Shown here: positions 29,345 through 39,770 of the stretch, piece after piece
Numbering within the stretch: position 1 is the stretch's first letter
Layout of the letters: each line of letters begins with the position of its first letter
Virus record (IMG/VR): IMGVR_UViG_3300043036_000338
Origin: a virus
Taxonomy: Duplodnaviria > Heunggongvirae > Uroviricota > Caudoviricetes
DNA length: 64,000 nucleotides
Direction: 5' to 3' (one strand)
Made by a program: the position numbers and the translations under genes
The notes under the pieces: model-generated
Database searches by the model: none
Told to the model about the DNA's origin: nothing
What the model saw: only the letters and a program-made list of their open reading frames with translations

Positions 29345-29668
29345 CTATTTTTGTAAAAAGAATAATATAAGCCAAAAGGCTGACATTATTGTGAACACAC
29401 TCACAGCAATAAAGATTTGTCCATTAACTGCATCTCTCAAGTCTCGTTTTACTTTTTGAGTTGTATTAATTTGTTCTTGTAACATTCTATAATATTTCTG
29501 GGACTCAGTTCGAGCTTGAGTAACCAGCTGTGCCCACTGCTCGTCTCGCTCTTGGTCAATTGGTGCATCAGCTTTCAAACCTTTCTTGCGAGCCATGCGA
29601 AGGCAAGCAATAGCTTCATCTTCGGAAGTGGTGCTTAGAGCCTTGGCTATTAGTTGATTAGCACTCAT
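29345..29668 (-). CDS. hypothetical protein with C-terminal TM
   Basis: ORF 107 aa. Confidence 0.35.
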   Translation of the reverse strand: MSANQLIAKALSTTSEDEAIACLRMARKKGLKADAPIDQERDEQWAQLVTQARTESQKYYRMLQEQINTTQKVKRDLRDAVNGQIFIAVSVFTIMSAFWLILFFLQK

Positions 29669-30042
29669 TTTCTGAACTCCAAGTAATTGTTCAACAGACC
29701 TTCGATGTTCGCTTTACCGATAAGATTCTTTGAGTGAACATAGAATGCAAAGTCTGCAGGGAACTGCATATGTGGTTCATCAGGAAAGTCAAGGGCATCA
29801 TTAATTAGCCTTTTGGCAAGCACATTTCCTGTCAGTTGATTTACACCCAAGTCATGGTCAAACGAGATAAACTTAGGCATACTGCATCGGCTGATGATCA
29901 TTCTACTTGCAGATGAAACACTCCGAACAACCACCCACTCTTCATTACGATACATTTCTTGAACCTGCCAAGGAGCCCAAGTCACATCAGCAGGCATTCT
30001 TTCATCATCTAGAAATAGATTCCAAGTCATGTCAATATCCAC
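29665..30042 (-). CDS. hypothetical protein
   Basis: ORF 125 aa. Confidence 0.35.
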   Translation of the reverse strand: MDIDMTWNLFLDDERMPADVTWAPWQVQEMYRNEEWVVVRSVSSASRMIISRCSMPKFISFDHDLGVNQLTGNVLAKRLINDALDFPDEPHMQFPADFAFYVHSKNLIGKANIEGLLNNYLEFRK

Positions 30043-30302
30043 TTAAAAATTTCAGAGTCGACCATAATAGTGCCGAAATACAAAAGAGATGGGCTAAAGT
30101 CCTTGTTGTTGCGGAAAGCATGGCAATATGCGATAAAACAAGTAATCATTTTGACACACAGACTCCATCTATACCTTTCCATAACCCTGTGAACCTTGAA
30201 TTTTTTCCAATGCATCTTGACATGTTTTGAAAGAATTAAAATCTATCATAGCAATTGTATGTGCACCAGAGACTCCCCACCCAACTAAAATAAGAACATA
30301 CA

Positions 30303-30605
30303 TCATTTCCACACCTGTGCTGTCACATCATACCCATCAAAACGAGACACAAGGATCACATCATATCCTTCAAGTTCTGCTACATGCTTTTTCAGATGCC
30401 GTCTAAACGCTTTGTAACTACGGCAAGGCGCATGGGTAGACCCACTCCATTTCACGTCAAGTGTAGAAGTCACCCACCGACGAGTTTCATAGCACCACCA
30501 CAGAGGTGGCTGATCTTTATCACGAGTCCATGTTGTAATCCCCATGAAGCGACTGTTCATAATCCGTTCACGAATACCAGCTTCAAAGCCAATCATCATT
30601 TTCAT
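30303..30605 (-). CDS. hypothetical protein
   Basis: ORF 100 aa. Confidence 0.35.
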   Translation of the reverse strand: MKMMIGFEAGIRERIMNSRFMGITTWTRDKDQPPLWWCYETRRWVTSTLDVKWSGSTHAPCRSYKAFRRHLKKHVAELEGYDVILVSRFDGYDVTAQVWK

Positions 30606-30606
30606 T

Positions 30607-30798
30607 TTATACCTCCACGGCAGTTACAGTATCATCAGCTTGTTCATAATAGTCAGGAGCAGTTGCAGCAGTATTCTTATCGTCATACCACTTAATACGA
30701 GCTTTGGCTTCTTGCAGTGTATCAAAGTCTTCGGTCCAATGGTCTTGACCCCAACCACGTTCAGACGATAGACATTTAATCCGAAACTTGACAGTCAT
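30607..30798 (-). CDS. hypothetical small protein
   Basis: ORF 63 aa. Confidence 0.3.
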   Translation of the reverse strand: MTVKFRIKCLSSERGWGQDHWTEDFDTLQEAKARIKWYDDKNTAATAPDYYEQADDTVTAVEV

Positions 30799-30810
30799 AG
30801 TGTATTCCTT

Positions 30811-31074
30811 TCAATAAGCAAAATCGGGGTGAGAACGACCATATGTATCACGAGTTCCAATAACCTCAGTACGTTTGATAAAAGACTTCATTTTCTTTGG
30901 AGTTCCATAAGTCTTAACAGCTTTTTCAGGGTTTTTGAGAACGATATTTGCCACAGCATATTTCAGAACATCACGATATTCTTTTGGTGTGGCATCATAG
31001 AGTTCCATTATTTCTTGGGAAGTACGTTTTGGACCTTTTGGAAAACCTGTTACACCGTTGTTGTTAATTGTCAT
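30811..31074 (-). CDS. hypothetical small protein
   Basis: ORF 87 aa. Confidence 0.35.
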   Translation of the reverse strand: MTINNNGVTGFPKGPKRTSQEIMELYDATPKEYRDVLKYAVANIVLKNPEKAVKTYGTPKKMKSFIKRTEVIGTRDTYGRSHPDFAY

Positions 31075-31082
31075 TGTTTATC

Positions 31083-31421
31083 TCACTCAGCTTCTGTTAC
31101 TTCAATTGCCACTACATGGAATTCAGCAGGACCTTCATCTGCATACCACTCGTCTTCTGGGTCAAACCAGCAAAAGTCAGACAGTGGAATAAAACTAATT
31201 CCATTAGGACCTTTAGAATTGACAAAATACCGTTTAGTTTTGAAAGTGCTATGACGGCCCATTTCACTTACAGACACTTCAACTAAACGACTTGTGACGT
31301 CACAACAAATGCCGTCGATTTCAATAACTCTGATGTCAGTCAGTACTTTACCACCAGCTTTGTAAACATGGTGGCCATATTCATCTTCAAAGTAAATAGT
31401 GTGTTTCATCTTCATCTCCAT
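31083..31421 (-). CDS. hypothetical protein
   Basis: ORF 112 aa, early promoter upstream. Confidence 0.35.
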   Translation of the reverse strand: MEMKMKHTIYFEDEYGHHVYKAGGKVLTDIRVIEIDGICCDVTSRLVEVSVSEMGRHSTFKTKRYFVNSKGPNGISFIPLSDFCWFDPEDEWYADEGPAEFHVVAIEVTEAE

Positions 31422-31469
31422 TTGATATATACTTTATAAAACAAATCAAAGCAAATGTCAACAACTAAA

Positions 31470-31498
31470 TGCAAAAAAGGCGACCGAAGCCGCCTTTT
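31470..31498 (-). terminator. rho-independent terminator
   Basis: aaaaaAGGCGaccgaagCCGCCTTttgtttt. Confidence 0.5.
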
Positions 31499-31520
31499 GT
31501 TTTATAATATATTCAAAATG

Positions 31521-32465
31521 TTACTTAACTACATCCATGAAAGGCACAGTCGAGTCAGGAATCATAGTGGTTGGCAGTGCACCATTCCAGCGTTCGGCTT
31601 GGATCAGAGCAATCAAACCAGCATTATCTTTCAGAGCTTCTGCTTTTGCCTTAATAGCACTTGCCTCGGCTTCACCTTGGATACGAGTTGCCTCTGCAGC
31701 AGCCTTTGCTTCGGCAAGTTTTGAGTCAGCCGCGGCTTGAGCTTGGATCACAGTAATCTCTGCAGTGATCTTTTCACGCTCGGCATTTTGTTTGACCTTC
31801 TGAACTTCAACTTCTGCTTCCATACGGGCAGCAATTGCACGCTCATAACCGTCATCAAAGTCGATGTTTTCAATCTGAACGGATTCGATGATGATAGGAC
31901 CTTTGACCGATTCCATCAAAGCAGTCGAAACTTCATTGACCAACCGACCACGCTCATTGATAGCAGTCACAGCATTGAAGCGACCAAACACATTTTTTAC
32001 AGCTTGCGGGACTTGACGGTCAAGCAAACGATTCACAACACCTTCAGCGCCACCATATTCACCATAAATGGTTTCAACTTGATCAGCTGGCAAGCGATAG
32101 TTGACTGAGATCATCAAGCTAGCAGTTTGCTGGTCTTTCGAGTAAGTCTGGACATTTTCATAAGTGCGAGCTTGAGACTGCACACTGATGTCGACAACAG
32201 AGTCGATCACAGGCATCTTAAAGCCAAGACCAGGTTCAGCAGTGCCAACAACAGCACCGTTGCGCAGCTGCACACCACGATAACCTTCACCTACAGTATA
32301 CCACGAACCACCAAGAACGGTCAGGGCAACAAGACCAGCAACAGCAGCAACACCGGATCCAACAACAGCATTCATTTTCATTTTCCTTACATATTGATTA
32401 TAACGTTTTTTAGCAGCTTCGTATTCCGCATTAGTTTTGAAGTCCCAACGTTCGGGTTTATTCAT
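31521..32465 (-). CDS. SPFH/band-7 (prohibitin/HflC-like) membrane protein
   Basis: N-terminal TM, SPFH core (YRGVQLRNGAVVGTAEPGLGFKMP...), C-terminal A/E/K-rich coiled coil. Confidence 0.75.
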   Translation of the reverse strand: MNKPERWDFKTNAEYEAAKKRYNQYVRKMKMNAVVGSGVAAVAGLVALTVLGGSWYTVGEGYRGVQLRNGAVVGTAEPGLGFKMPVIDSVVDISVQSQARTYENVQTYSKDQQTASLMISVNYRLPADQVETIYGEYGGAEGVVNRLLDRQVPQAVKNVFGRFNAVTAINERGRLVNEVSTALMESVKGPIIIESVQIENIDFDDGYERAIAARMEAEVEVQKVKQNAEREKITAEITVIQAQAAADSKLAEAKAAAEATRIQGEAEASAIKAKAEALKDNAGLIALIQAERWNGALPTTMIPDSTVPFMDVVK

Positions 32466-32620
32466 TAGTGTTATCTTTCACGCTCATATTTCCATTTTCA
32501 TCAGTCTTGTACTCATACGGGTTTGGTTGTTTCTTGAAGGTGATGTTTTGCACCAACCAATAAGCACCTGCAGCAAACACTGCTGCAACAACAATCATAC
32601 CCAACATTGTATAGATAGCC
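32458..32620 (-). CDS. small single-TM protein overlapping start of the SPFH gene
   Basis: manual ORF MAIYTMLGMIVVAAVFAAGAYWLVQNITFKKQ... 53 aa; 8-nt overlap. Confidence 0.3.
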
Positions 32621-32623
32621 ATT

Positions 32624-32908
32624 TTAGTATTCCTTCATTTTATTGATAATATCAACCCACATATCAATCTCTTTGTTTTTGTTTGCGAGCATAGTAATCA
32701 GCCATTTGATCCGATCAATTGAATTAGCATGCCGCCAATCCTTTGAGTCATATAGATCATCGGGCAACAATTCACGCAACTCAACTTGTAGTGGCGAACA
32801 ATCACACGTGCCATAAGAACAGCAATATGGACAAAATTCGTCTTTTGATAGGATAAAGTCTGTCATTTGATGTATTCCTCTATTGGTTCCAAAACTTTGT
32901 TGCATCAC
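32624..32908 (-). CDS. hypothetical Cys-rich protein
   Basis: ORF 94 aa. Confidence 0.35.
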   Translation of the reverse strand: MMQQSFGTNRGIHQMTDFILSKDEFCPYCCSYGTCDCSPLQVELRELLPDDLYDSKDWRHANSIDRIKWLITMLANKNKEIDMWVDIINKMKEY

Positions 32909-32967
32909 GAGGTGTTAGGTTTTTGCTCTTAAAGCAATCTTCAAGTCTTCTTCACTAAACGTGAAAG

Positions 32968-33186
32968 TCATTTTTCCTCCACAATATCTTGAAAGAATTG
33001 AAGCAGTTCTTCCTTTTGATCTGCAACAGTTTCTTCATGAGAGATGAAGATACCATTCGTATCCCATCTCTCATTGTTCAATCCATCTTTCAGGACCACC
33101 ATGACACCATTACCTTCAGACCACATCTTTCCGACCTTGGTCAGTCGACGTTTACCTAACCACTTGGTGATCATAGCAGTATTCAT
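32968..33186 (-). CDS. hypothetical small protein
   Basis: ORF 72 aa. Confidence 0.3.
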   Translation of the reverse strand: MNTAMITKWLGKRRLTKVGKMWSEGNGVMVVLKDGLNNERWDTNGIFISHEETVADQKEELLQFFQDIVEEK

Positions 33187-33301
33187 GTAAGGTCCTCCTA
33201 GACCTGTTGCCTACATATATTTTATATACCAACCAAAACCAAATGTCAACAACTATTTTGTCTCATTTTGCAATTATCACCGTGCCATCTGTTATGGTTT
33301 C

Positions 33302-33922
33302 CTATGTCCATAAGCTTTCAAAATAAACACCAAAAAGTCTGAAGCCATTACTCATGCGATCTTGGTGCGCTTTCAACCCTTCATAATCACATTTAAATTT
33401 ATCGTTGGGTTCGTTGTAATACTGACTTGACCAGTCATAGCTCGCTTTGCTTTCAAATGCCCAAATCATTTCATCAATTACGTAATCCCAACGTTTGATA
33501 ATCAAGCTGTCATGATCTGGGTGTTCAGCATCCTCAACTACTTTTTTGTTTCGAAGAGCTTTAGGAACATCAATATCATCTACCCAACTTGAACCACGTT
33601 TATCTTCTTTTACTTTTTTTAACAAAGGGTAAATGATATGAGCGAGAGTATCATCAGCACTCCATGCATCATAGTTGTCAATATGAACATTGATCTTCTG
33701 GTCTGTTCGTTTGTCGAAGATCTTGTTGACTGTCACATTGTAGATAACCTGCAAAGTGTCTTCAAGTTTCTCAAGGAAGCTTTCATAGATATTGTGATTG
33801 TTTTCCCAGTTATAACCATAACGTTTTTTCATATAATTACAATAAACGTTGCTGTGCCAACGATGGCGATACGGTCCGATGTGGATTTTCATTAGCAGGT
33901 CACTTTCATAAATGTTGGACAT
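33302..33922 (-). CDS. hypothetical protein
   Basis: ORF 206 aa. Confidence 0.4.
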   Translation of the reverse strand: MSNIYESDLLMKIHIGPYRHRWHSNVYCNYMKKRYGYNWENNHNIYESFLEKLEDTLQVIYNVTVNKIFDKRTDQKINVHIDNYDAWSADDTLAHIIYPLLKKVKEDKRGSSWVDDIDVPKALRNKKVVEDAEHPDHDSLIIKRWDYVIDEMIWAFESKASYDWSSQYYNEPNDKFKCDYEGLKAHQDRMSNGFRLFGVYFESLWT

Positions 33923-34299
33923 TGTGCGTCATTACAAACATATCCCATGACGCCAGAAAGATGGATACCACACTTGGGACATTGTGGCTTTGGATTATCT
34001 AGGGTTGGGTATTTGATGTAAGGGCGAGGGAAACTCGGTGTTTGCTCCATAGGTGAATGCCATGGTTGTCGTTTAACCATTTCAACCATATCATTCCACG
34101 TCTGAATGATGTCGCGTTCTTGAACTGGCTCTTCCCAATCTTCAAGAAGTTCCATCAGTTCAAACAACGACATTTTGTTGATGTGTTCTTCGAATTGTGT
34201 TTCTGGAGTATCTCTGTAATGAAGTGGTGGAGGTTCATGCGGTGCTTGATGTTCGATCCACCATTTTTTATATTGTGTGTAACTATTCATTTTGCCCAC
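33892..34299 (-). CDS. hypothetical protein with C-terminal zinc ribbon
   Basis: CPKCGIHLSGVMGYVCNDAQC. Confidence 0.35.
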   Translation of the reverse strand: MGKMNSYTQYKKWWIEHQAPHEPPPLHYRDTPETQFEEHINKMSLFELMELLEDWEEPVQERDIIQTWNDMVEMVKRQPWHSPMEQTPSFPRPYIKYPTLDNPKPQCPKCGIHLSGVMGYVCNDAQCPTFMKVTC

Positions 34300-34450
34300 T
34301 TTGTTTTAATATTGCCACAGCATTCGCATTGCAGTGTGTACCTATTTGCTAGACCGCTTGAAAAGTCGTTGTCATATCTAACATCTTCGGTATTGATAAT
34401 CTTCCATTTGTGCCAGCAACCACTGAACAAAAATCCAATAAGTTTAAACA

Positions 34451-34828
34451 TCAGTTAATATCCTCATCTTGCCATTCTTTTGTATATATTACGTTCGAGG
34501 GGCGATTGTACTTCTCAACAAGAGGCTTGATCTGATCACGACGATAACCAGCAAGGCCACAGCCAATAGGAGTCAGCATAAACTCGTCGTCAGGATGCGC
34601 TTCTGCATGTCTTAAAAACTCAGCAATGTAAAGCTCAATCTGATTTAGAGGCAAAGTATTTAATTGCCTATCCTTGGTTGGCAGAGCATACGACATACCG
34701 GTACGGCCAACACCAACACCATACTCTGCGCCATAATAGTTCATAGCATAAAGAGCTGCACCAGCGCCATGACGACCAGCAAGGTTCGATCCGAATACGA
34801 AAATCTTAGTCATTCTTTGTTCTCCCAA
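34451..34828 (-). CDS. hypothetical Rossmann-like protein (FVFGSNLAGRHGAGAA motif)
   Basis: ORF 125 aa. Confidence 0.35.
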   Translation of the reverse strand: MGEQRMTKIFVFGSNLAGRHGAGAALYAMNYYGAEYGVGVGRTGMSYALPTKDRQLNTLPLNQIELYIAEFLRHAEAHPDDEFMLTPIGCGLAGYRRDQIKPLVEKYNRPSNVIYTKEWQDEDIN

Positions 34829-35124
34829 GAGTAGTCTCGTTTTACTGGCCCAGAAGGAATTGCTACAATATCAATTTTGATTTTGACTTCTCGACCCAAC
34901 TCAAAAATTTGATCGTAGTCAGCACGATACGCCGAATGTTTGAACACTGCAGCCAAGTCAGTAATAATGACAGGTGGTTTTTCAGCACTAACCCAGACGT
35001 ATTTTGGTTTTGGTTCAGCTTTCATAGTTCTCTCCGTTTGTAGTTGAGACACATCGCCCACTAAACTAAAGTGTATACACTGCTTATTACCGCAAACAGG
35101 ATACTCTCTTGCTTCTCGCATCAC
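34810..35124 (-). CDS. hypothetical protein
   Basis: ORF 104 aa. Confidence 0.3.
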   Translation of the reverse strand: MMREAREYPVCGNKQCIHFSLVGDVSQLQTERTMKAEPKPKYVWVSAEKPPVIITDLAAVFKHSAYRADYDQIFELGREVKIKIDIVAIPSGPVKRDYSWENKE

Positions 35125-35378
35125 GCCACAATGTGGACAGGGTGTTGGTCGCCAATCTGTGTTGTTTATTTAGTTTACCTCATATTCAAATGTTTGAGTT
35201 TCATATCCTTGGCTTTCATACCAGTCAGAGATGTATCCTGCAAATTTTGGATCGGATTCAACACGTTGACCAATCTTGATCAAACCTTCGTAGATAGCAA
35301 TCACATAACGTTTCATCATATATCCTTTGTTCATAATCATAAGTAAGTTATACCATAAACAAAACCAAATGTCAACAA

Positions 35379-35600
35379 CTATTTTACCTGAAATGTACCA
35401 ATTGGGCTATTCAGTGCAATTTGGAACTGCTCAAACATTTCGGGTGACATACCAACTTCCTTAAAGTTTTCAGAATCTTCATCCCACTGTCGGATGATAA
35501 CAATATCCTCATACAAATAGATTTGTACATCTTCATAGAATCCACCATCATCTAGAATTGTTACAATTGTTTCATCATGATCCATTTCATTTGTGAACAT
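35379..35600 (-). CDS. hypothetical acidic small protein
   Basis: ORF 73 aa. Confidence 0.3.
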   Translation of the reverse strand: MFTNEMDHDETIVTILDDGGFYEDVQIYLYEDIVIIRQWDEDSENFKEVGMSPEMFEQFQIALNSPIGTFQVK

Positions 35601-35614
35601 CCATATACTTTCTA

Positions 35615-36463
35615 TTAAACTGGCAGTGTTGCGCCGACATCTTTTGGTTTACGTTTTGCTCTGGGTTTGATATTAGTCGGAAATGCTTTTTCATTATTAA
35701 TCTTTGCAATGTTATTTGAGTTTTTTAACCCAGCATTTGCGCCAATCAAAAGCAATACGGCAAGAGGATCAAAGACAAAAATAATGATCAGAATAATAAG
35801 ACGAACGGCATGTTCAATTGTGGCCGTTTCTGAATTACCATACACAATCTCTGCAACATACTTCAAAGGGCCAATCTCTGTTTCAAGAGCAGATGCTTCA
35901 ATATCAACCTTTTGTTTTTCCTCAAGTAGTTTTGATACTGTGTTACTATTTGATGCAATTAAAGCATTCAAAGAATCACGTTCAGCTTGTTGGTTATTCC
36001 TAACAGCAACTGCACCTTCAGCACCACGAATCCGTTGAGCATCAGTTAATGCTTTTACAACAGAATCCAAATTAGCCAATGTTGCACGTGCAAGTGCAAT
36101 ATCCTGATTTGCAATATCAAGTTTCATTTGAATAGCGTCTTGGTCAACAATAGAGATAGAAGACTTGGACGACTGGTCTATATGTGCTTTCGACAGATAA
36201 CCAAAGATACCAATGCTAGTGATAAACATTAGCACAGTCACAGCCAGCATCAGGTAGTATCGAACAAAGCGTGGTGCGATAGTCCAGTTCTGATAGAGCC
36301 AAGAAGTCGTGACAACCTTAGCCACTTCAAGTGTAGAACCCATCACCACAATAGGCCAGAATGATGCTGCAAAGATTGCAGTCAGACCGATGATTGAGTA
36401 GTAGGCAGCAACGGCTGATAACGATAGCGATACCAGTAGTGCTAGAATGTTAATAAACTTCAT
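35615..36463 (-). CDS. membrane protein with N-terminal TM helices, central coiled coil and C-terminal TM
   Basis: 282 aa hydropathy pattern. Confidence 0.45.
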   Translation of the reverse strand: MKFINILALLVSLSLSAVAAYYSIIGLTAIFAASFWPIVVMGSTLEVAKVVTTSWLYQNWTIAPRFVRYYLMLAVTVLMFITSIGIFGYLSKAHIDQSSKSSISIVDQDAIQMKLDIANQDIALARATLANLDSVVKALTDAQRIRGAEGAVAVRNNQQAERDSLNALIASNSNTVSKLLEEKQKVDIEASALETEIGPLKYVAEIVYGNSETATIEHAVRLIILIIIFVFDPLAVLLLIGANAGLKNSNNIAKINNEKAFPTNIKPRAKRKPKDVGATLPV

Positions 36464-36639
36464 TTTATGTCTTTCTACTTGTTTGGATCGACAATAAGCA
36501 ACATATTATTTAGACTGCAATTAATATGATTACCATCTTTTGGGATAAATTCCACAATCAAATCTGTATCAATATCTAGAATTTTTGCAAAGTGCTTCTT
36601 ATAGTTTATATAGTTCATTTTTTATCCTTTGGTATTGTT

Positions 36640-36855
36640 TCATTGATCCTCTGTCCATCTTTTGTCACAGTCGGGGCAGTAATGTTTAATCCAGTAGCAA
36701 TCATCACCACGGTCCCAGTTACCTGTTGAACTATCTCTTTTGCTAATCGATTTTGGATGCAAACATTCTTCTTGCAGCGCCTTGTATGCAAGATGCCACT
36801 TTCTTTGATGTTTCATAATCGTTTGATATCTGCGTCTTACTTGTGCCGGAGTCAT
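36640..36855 (-). CDS. small zinc-finger protein
   Basis: CPDCDKRW. Confidence 0.3.
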   Translation of the reverse strand: MTPAQVRRRYQTIMKHQRKWHLAYKALQEECLHPKSISKRDSSTGNWDRGDDCYWIKHYCPDCDKRWTEDQ

Positions 36856-37202
36856 TATGTTTGTCCTGTCATTTTCAAGAATTCATCAAGTTCCAACATA
36901 TCCATATCCGAATCACCACCATTATACCAATGGCATTTGTATGGTCGTACTCTATCCATATGTGCTTCAATATCAAATTGTAATAGATCATAAAATGGTG
37001 TTTTTGAATGAGTATCAGTCAATCCAAAAGTAATACCGTATTCACTACTATCTTCAGCAGTATAAGCAAGGGTTCCTTCATAATTGATCCGAATGCTTGA
37101 TCCTTGATCATAAAGCAATTCATTCCATTTGTCCAGTTCTTCTTCTGTTAGTTTACGACTCAAAGGAGCCATAAGACCTGCAGATGTTACATTTCTACTC
37201 AT
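36855..37202 (-). CDS. hypothetical protein
   Basis: ORF 115 aa. Confidence 0.35.
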   Translation of the reverse strand: MSRNVTSAGLMAPLSRKLTEEELDKWNELLYDQGSSIRINYEGTLAYTAEDSSEYGITFGLTDTHSKTPFYDLLQFDIEAHMDRVRPYKCHWYNGGDSDMDMLELDEFLKMTGQT

Positions 37203-37591
37203 AACGTAATCTTTCCGATAATTTCATCAAGTTTTTCTAGAATGGGATTGAGATGATCGAATGTTTTGTGCCCGTAATGGTAGCGCAGATCATTCCGCAA
37301 ATTAATCAATTCATAAGACAACTCTCCATAGACTTTATTGACAATAGCGTGCCTCATCCGCTCAACCGCATAATCAATCACCTTTCCACCAGAAGCGTTA
37401 ATTGCTTCTTCTGCAATCCATTCACTGGCGCCAAGAGTCACAGTAATTACATATTCCCTTGCATACTTCCCTTGCCAGTCTGGTTCTTTATCACCAATAA
37501 GTTTAATCTTATACAAAGGTTCTTCAATGTGACTCCTATGTCCAGTTGCAACTGCTTTAATACCATCAACTAGTCTCATTTTATAATCCAA
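37199..37591 (-). CDS. hypothetical protein
   Basis: ORF 130 aa. Confidence 0.35.
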   Translation of the reverse strand: MDYKMRLVDGIKAVATGHRSHIEEPLYKIKLIGDKEPDWQGKYAREYVITVTLGASEWIAEEAINASGGKVIDYAVERMRHAIVNKVYGELSYELINLRNDLRYHYGHKTFDHLNPILEKLDEIIGKITL

Positions 37592-37597
37592 TCCATG

Positions 37598-38311
37598 TTA
37601 AGTTTTTAATTTACAATTGTCAAAATGCCATCTATTCATTACACCACCAGATCCTTTTTTGAGACAGTGTGGGCACATAACCTCAACAATCTTTCCACAA
37701 TTTTTGCCGTGCCACTTTGTATAATTGCCAGGATCTGATACGACACCACACTTTTCACATAGCATGTTTTTATATGGAGTTTTATTTCGTAATAAAGACA
37801 TGGTAGAAGATTGTTTAATTCTTGATGGCTCTAACATATTTGTAACCCATTCGTCACTTTCTTGTCTTGCCTTGTATTTTTCTTTTATAGTATTAGATTT
37901 TTTTAATCCAATAGTTTGCAACCATTCTTCACTATTGGTTGTGATTTTTCTTTTTTCAATTGCAGCAGGAGTATTACATTTACTGTAATCAATAAATGGT
38001 GATGTATCCCCTCCATCCTGTCCATTTTCAGGTTTCAGATTAGACCATTCATCACTTTCAACAATGTTTAGTTTTCTACTCAAATCCAAAGCATATTTAA
38101 CGATAGAGGTGTCAAAGAACCAATCACTATTCCAAATGTGAATAGCAGCGGCTTTATGTTTTTTTAGATGTCTTTGCCACACGGTGCCGGATCCCGAGTA
38201 AGATTTAATATCATTTGAAACTGATTTTCCTAAATAGTTTAGGCCACAATGAGAGCATTGTTTGTGATAGATACGAGTGGGCTTTTTTAAAGCCTCATAT
38301 AAATAAGTCAT
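37598..38311 (-). mobile_element. GIY-YIG homing endonuclease gene (Seg-like) with C-terminal zinc ribbon
   Basis: GLNYLGKS...YSGSG GIY-YIG variant; C-terminal NRWHFDNCK shared with HEG at 39771..40532; late promoter and shared leader upstream. Confidence 0.55.
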
Positions 38312-38375
38312 GCTGGAACTCCTATATTGTTCTAGAGTAGGTGGGGATACTGGGGAGTCTCCCGTGACCTACATG
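38309..38375 (-). repeat. 67-bp HEG leader repeat, copy 1 (identical to 40530-40596)
   Basis: catgctggaactcctatattgttctagagtaggtggggatactggggagtctcccgtgacctacatg; contains GGGGAGTCTCCC hairpin and SD AGGAG. Confidence 0.8.
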
Positions 38376-38379
38376 ACTT

Positions 38380-38387
38380 ATTTATAT
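38380..38387 (-). promoter_or_regulatory. T4-type late promoter TATAAATA
   Basis: TATAAATA on minus strand just upstream of leader repeat. Confidence 0.5.
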
Positions 38388-38392
38388 TTTTA

Positions 38393-38722
38393 CTACTTTA
38401 TAATATAGTCAAGATTAAGCCAGTCAGTATCTTCTGGCATCAATTCAACTTCAAACAATGTACTTTCTTTCATGTGAGTCCAAATGCCTGAATTGTTCCT
38501 ACGAATACAATATGCAGTTTTGATACACTCATAGCAGGAGCCAGATGCGCCATAAAACAAGAATGAATGTTCACTCTCCTCAACACGAACAATACCACTG
38601 TTAATCCGCCAAGTGTCACTGTCAAGATACCCACCGGATGTCCCAGCAAGAATACGATAATGAGTTGGTTCATCGTTATATTTGTATTTAATCACAACCC
38701 AATTATCTGGAATGTATGTCAT
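38393..38722 (-). CDS. hypothetical protein
   Basis: ORF 109 aa. Confidence 0.35.
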   Translation of the reverse strand: MTYIPDNWVVIKYKYNDEPTHYRILAGTSGGYLDSDTWRINSGIVRVEESEHSFLFYGASGSCYECIKTAYCIRRNNSGIWTHMKESTLFEVELMPEDTDWLNLDYIIK

Positions 38723-39024
38723 TTCTTGTAATATTCCTTATACAGATAAGCAATCTTTTTGATTTCAGGATGCTTTCGAATCCATTGACCAGTCGATGGA
38801 TCGAAGTGTTTCTTAAAGTAATTATCACACTTTTTGTTGCCAGTGTCAATATTTAAATTGACTTCCAGGCACATTTTGTCAAACTCAGCATCTGACATAA
38901 TCGACTCATCAAGATACTCATATGCATATGCGGCAACAGATAACTTAATTCGGCGCCGCACTTCAACTTCAACTGAGTTACCCCAAACTGGTACAGGTTC
39001 ATCAAAAAATGCTTCAAGACTCAT
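38719..39024 (-). CDS. hypothetical protein
   Basis: ORF 101 aa. Confidence 0.35.
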   Translation of the reverse strand: MSLEAFFDEPVPVWGNSVEVEVRRRIKLSVAAYAYEYLDESIMSDAEFDKMCLEVNLNIDTGNKKCDNYFKKHFDPSTGQWIRKHPEIKKIAYLYKEYYKK

Positions 39025-39671
39025 AGTTCAACATCCACATAATCAAGAATACCAATGCACTGGAACATTGTGCGACCATGCTTGTATTGCATAGTGTGGT
39101 GCCAATGACCAAAGTACCACTCGTCAGGCTGATGGATATCAAACATCTTCTGAAGGTAATTGCCAGTTCGAGTAGGATAACGAGGACCTTTTAAAAACCC
39201 AGTATCCCAGAACATATGACCAGCAATCATATGAGGACAGTCATGGGTGATCATAACACGAGGCTTAACAGTGCTATAGACATCTAGCATCTGCTCAAAC
39301 TGTTCATGAGAACATTGTTCATCAGCCCACCAGTCATAGTTTTCTGTGCGCTTGAGCCAACCATCAGGCGCATCTGGATTATCAATCGACCACGCACCAC
39401 CAATGAACATCACATCACCTTCGACTGTGCCATCTGGAATACAGCTTGGCATGGTCTTGCATAAAGCAGGATGATCATGATTACCCCGAATGAAGCGATG
39501 ACCGCCTAACTTATGAAACTCTGATACAGAGTTCAACCAGTAGTCGCCTTGACCAAAGCCAATGCCGAAGTCGCCAATCTGAATGGTTGGTCCTTCAAAG
39601 TTATCAATTGCGTATGCTTTACAGTCATACACAGCACCATGAATATCACCAATCAATCGTGTTAGAGTCAT
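39021..39671 (-). CDS. calcineurin-like metallophosphoesterase
   Basis: GDIHG, GDFG, GNHD, GHWHH metallophosphatase motifs. Confidence 0.65.
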   Translation of the reverse strand: MTLTRLIGDIHGAVYDCKAYAIDNFEGPTIQIGDFGIGFGQGDYWLNSVSEFHKLGGHRFIRGNHDHPALCKTMPSCIPDGTVEGDVMFIGGAWSIDNPDAPDGWLKRTENYDWWADEQCSHEQFEQMLDVYSTVKPRVMITHDCPHMIAGHMFWDTGFLKGPRYPTRTGNYLQKMFDIHQPDEWYFGHWHHTMQYKHGRTMFQCIGILDYVDVEL

Positions 39672-39763
39672 TTATCAATCTCCAATACAGGAACCCCTGC
39701 TTCTCGTCCAATTTTTATCATATGGGCAGTACCATTACCGCCTTTAAAAGCTACTATAACATC
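39668..39763 (-). pseudogene. 3' fragment duplicating the C-terminus of the DUF2493 gene
   Basis: encodes DVIVAFKGGNGTAHMIKIGREAGVPVLEIDK* versus AVIAFPGGKGTANMVNISKKAGIPIYFVKD* at end of 40612..40992. Confidence 0.4.
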
Positions 39764-39770
39764 ATTTGTA

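Noticed and set aside
35667-36038. plus-strand ORFs inside the membrane/coiled-coil gene
   Set aside because: antisense shadows
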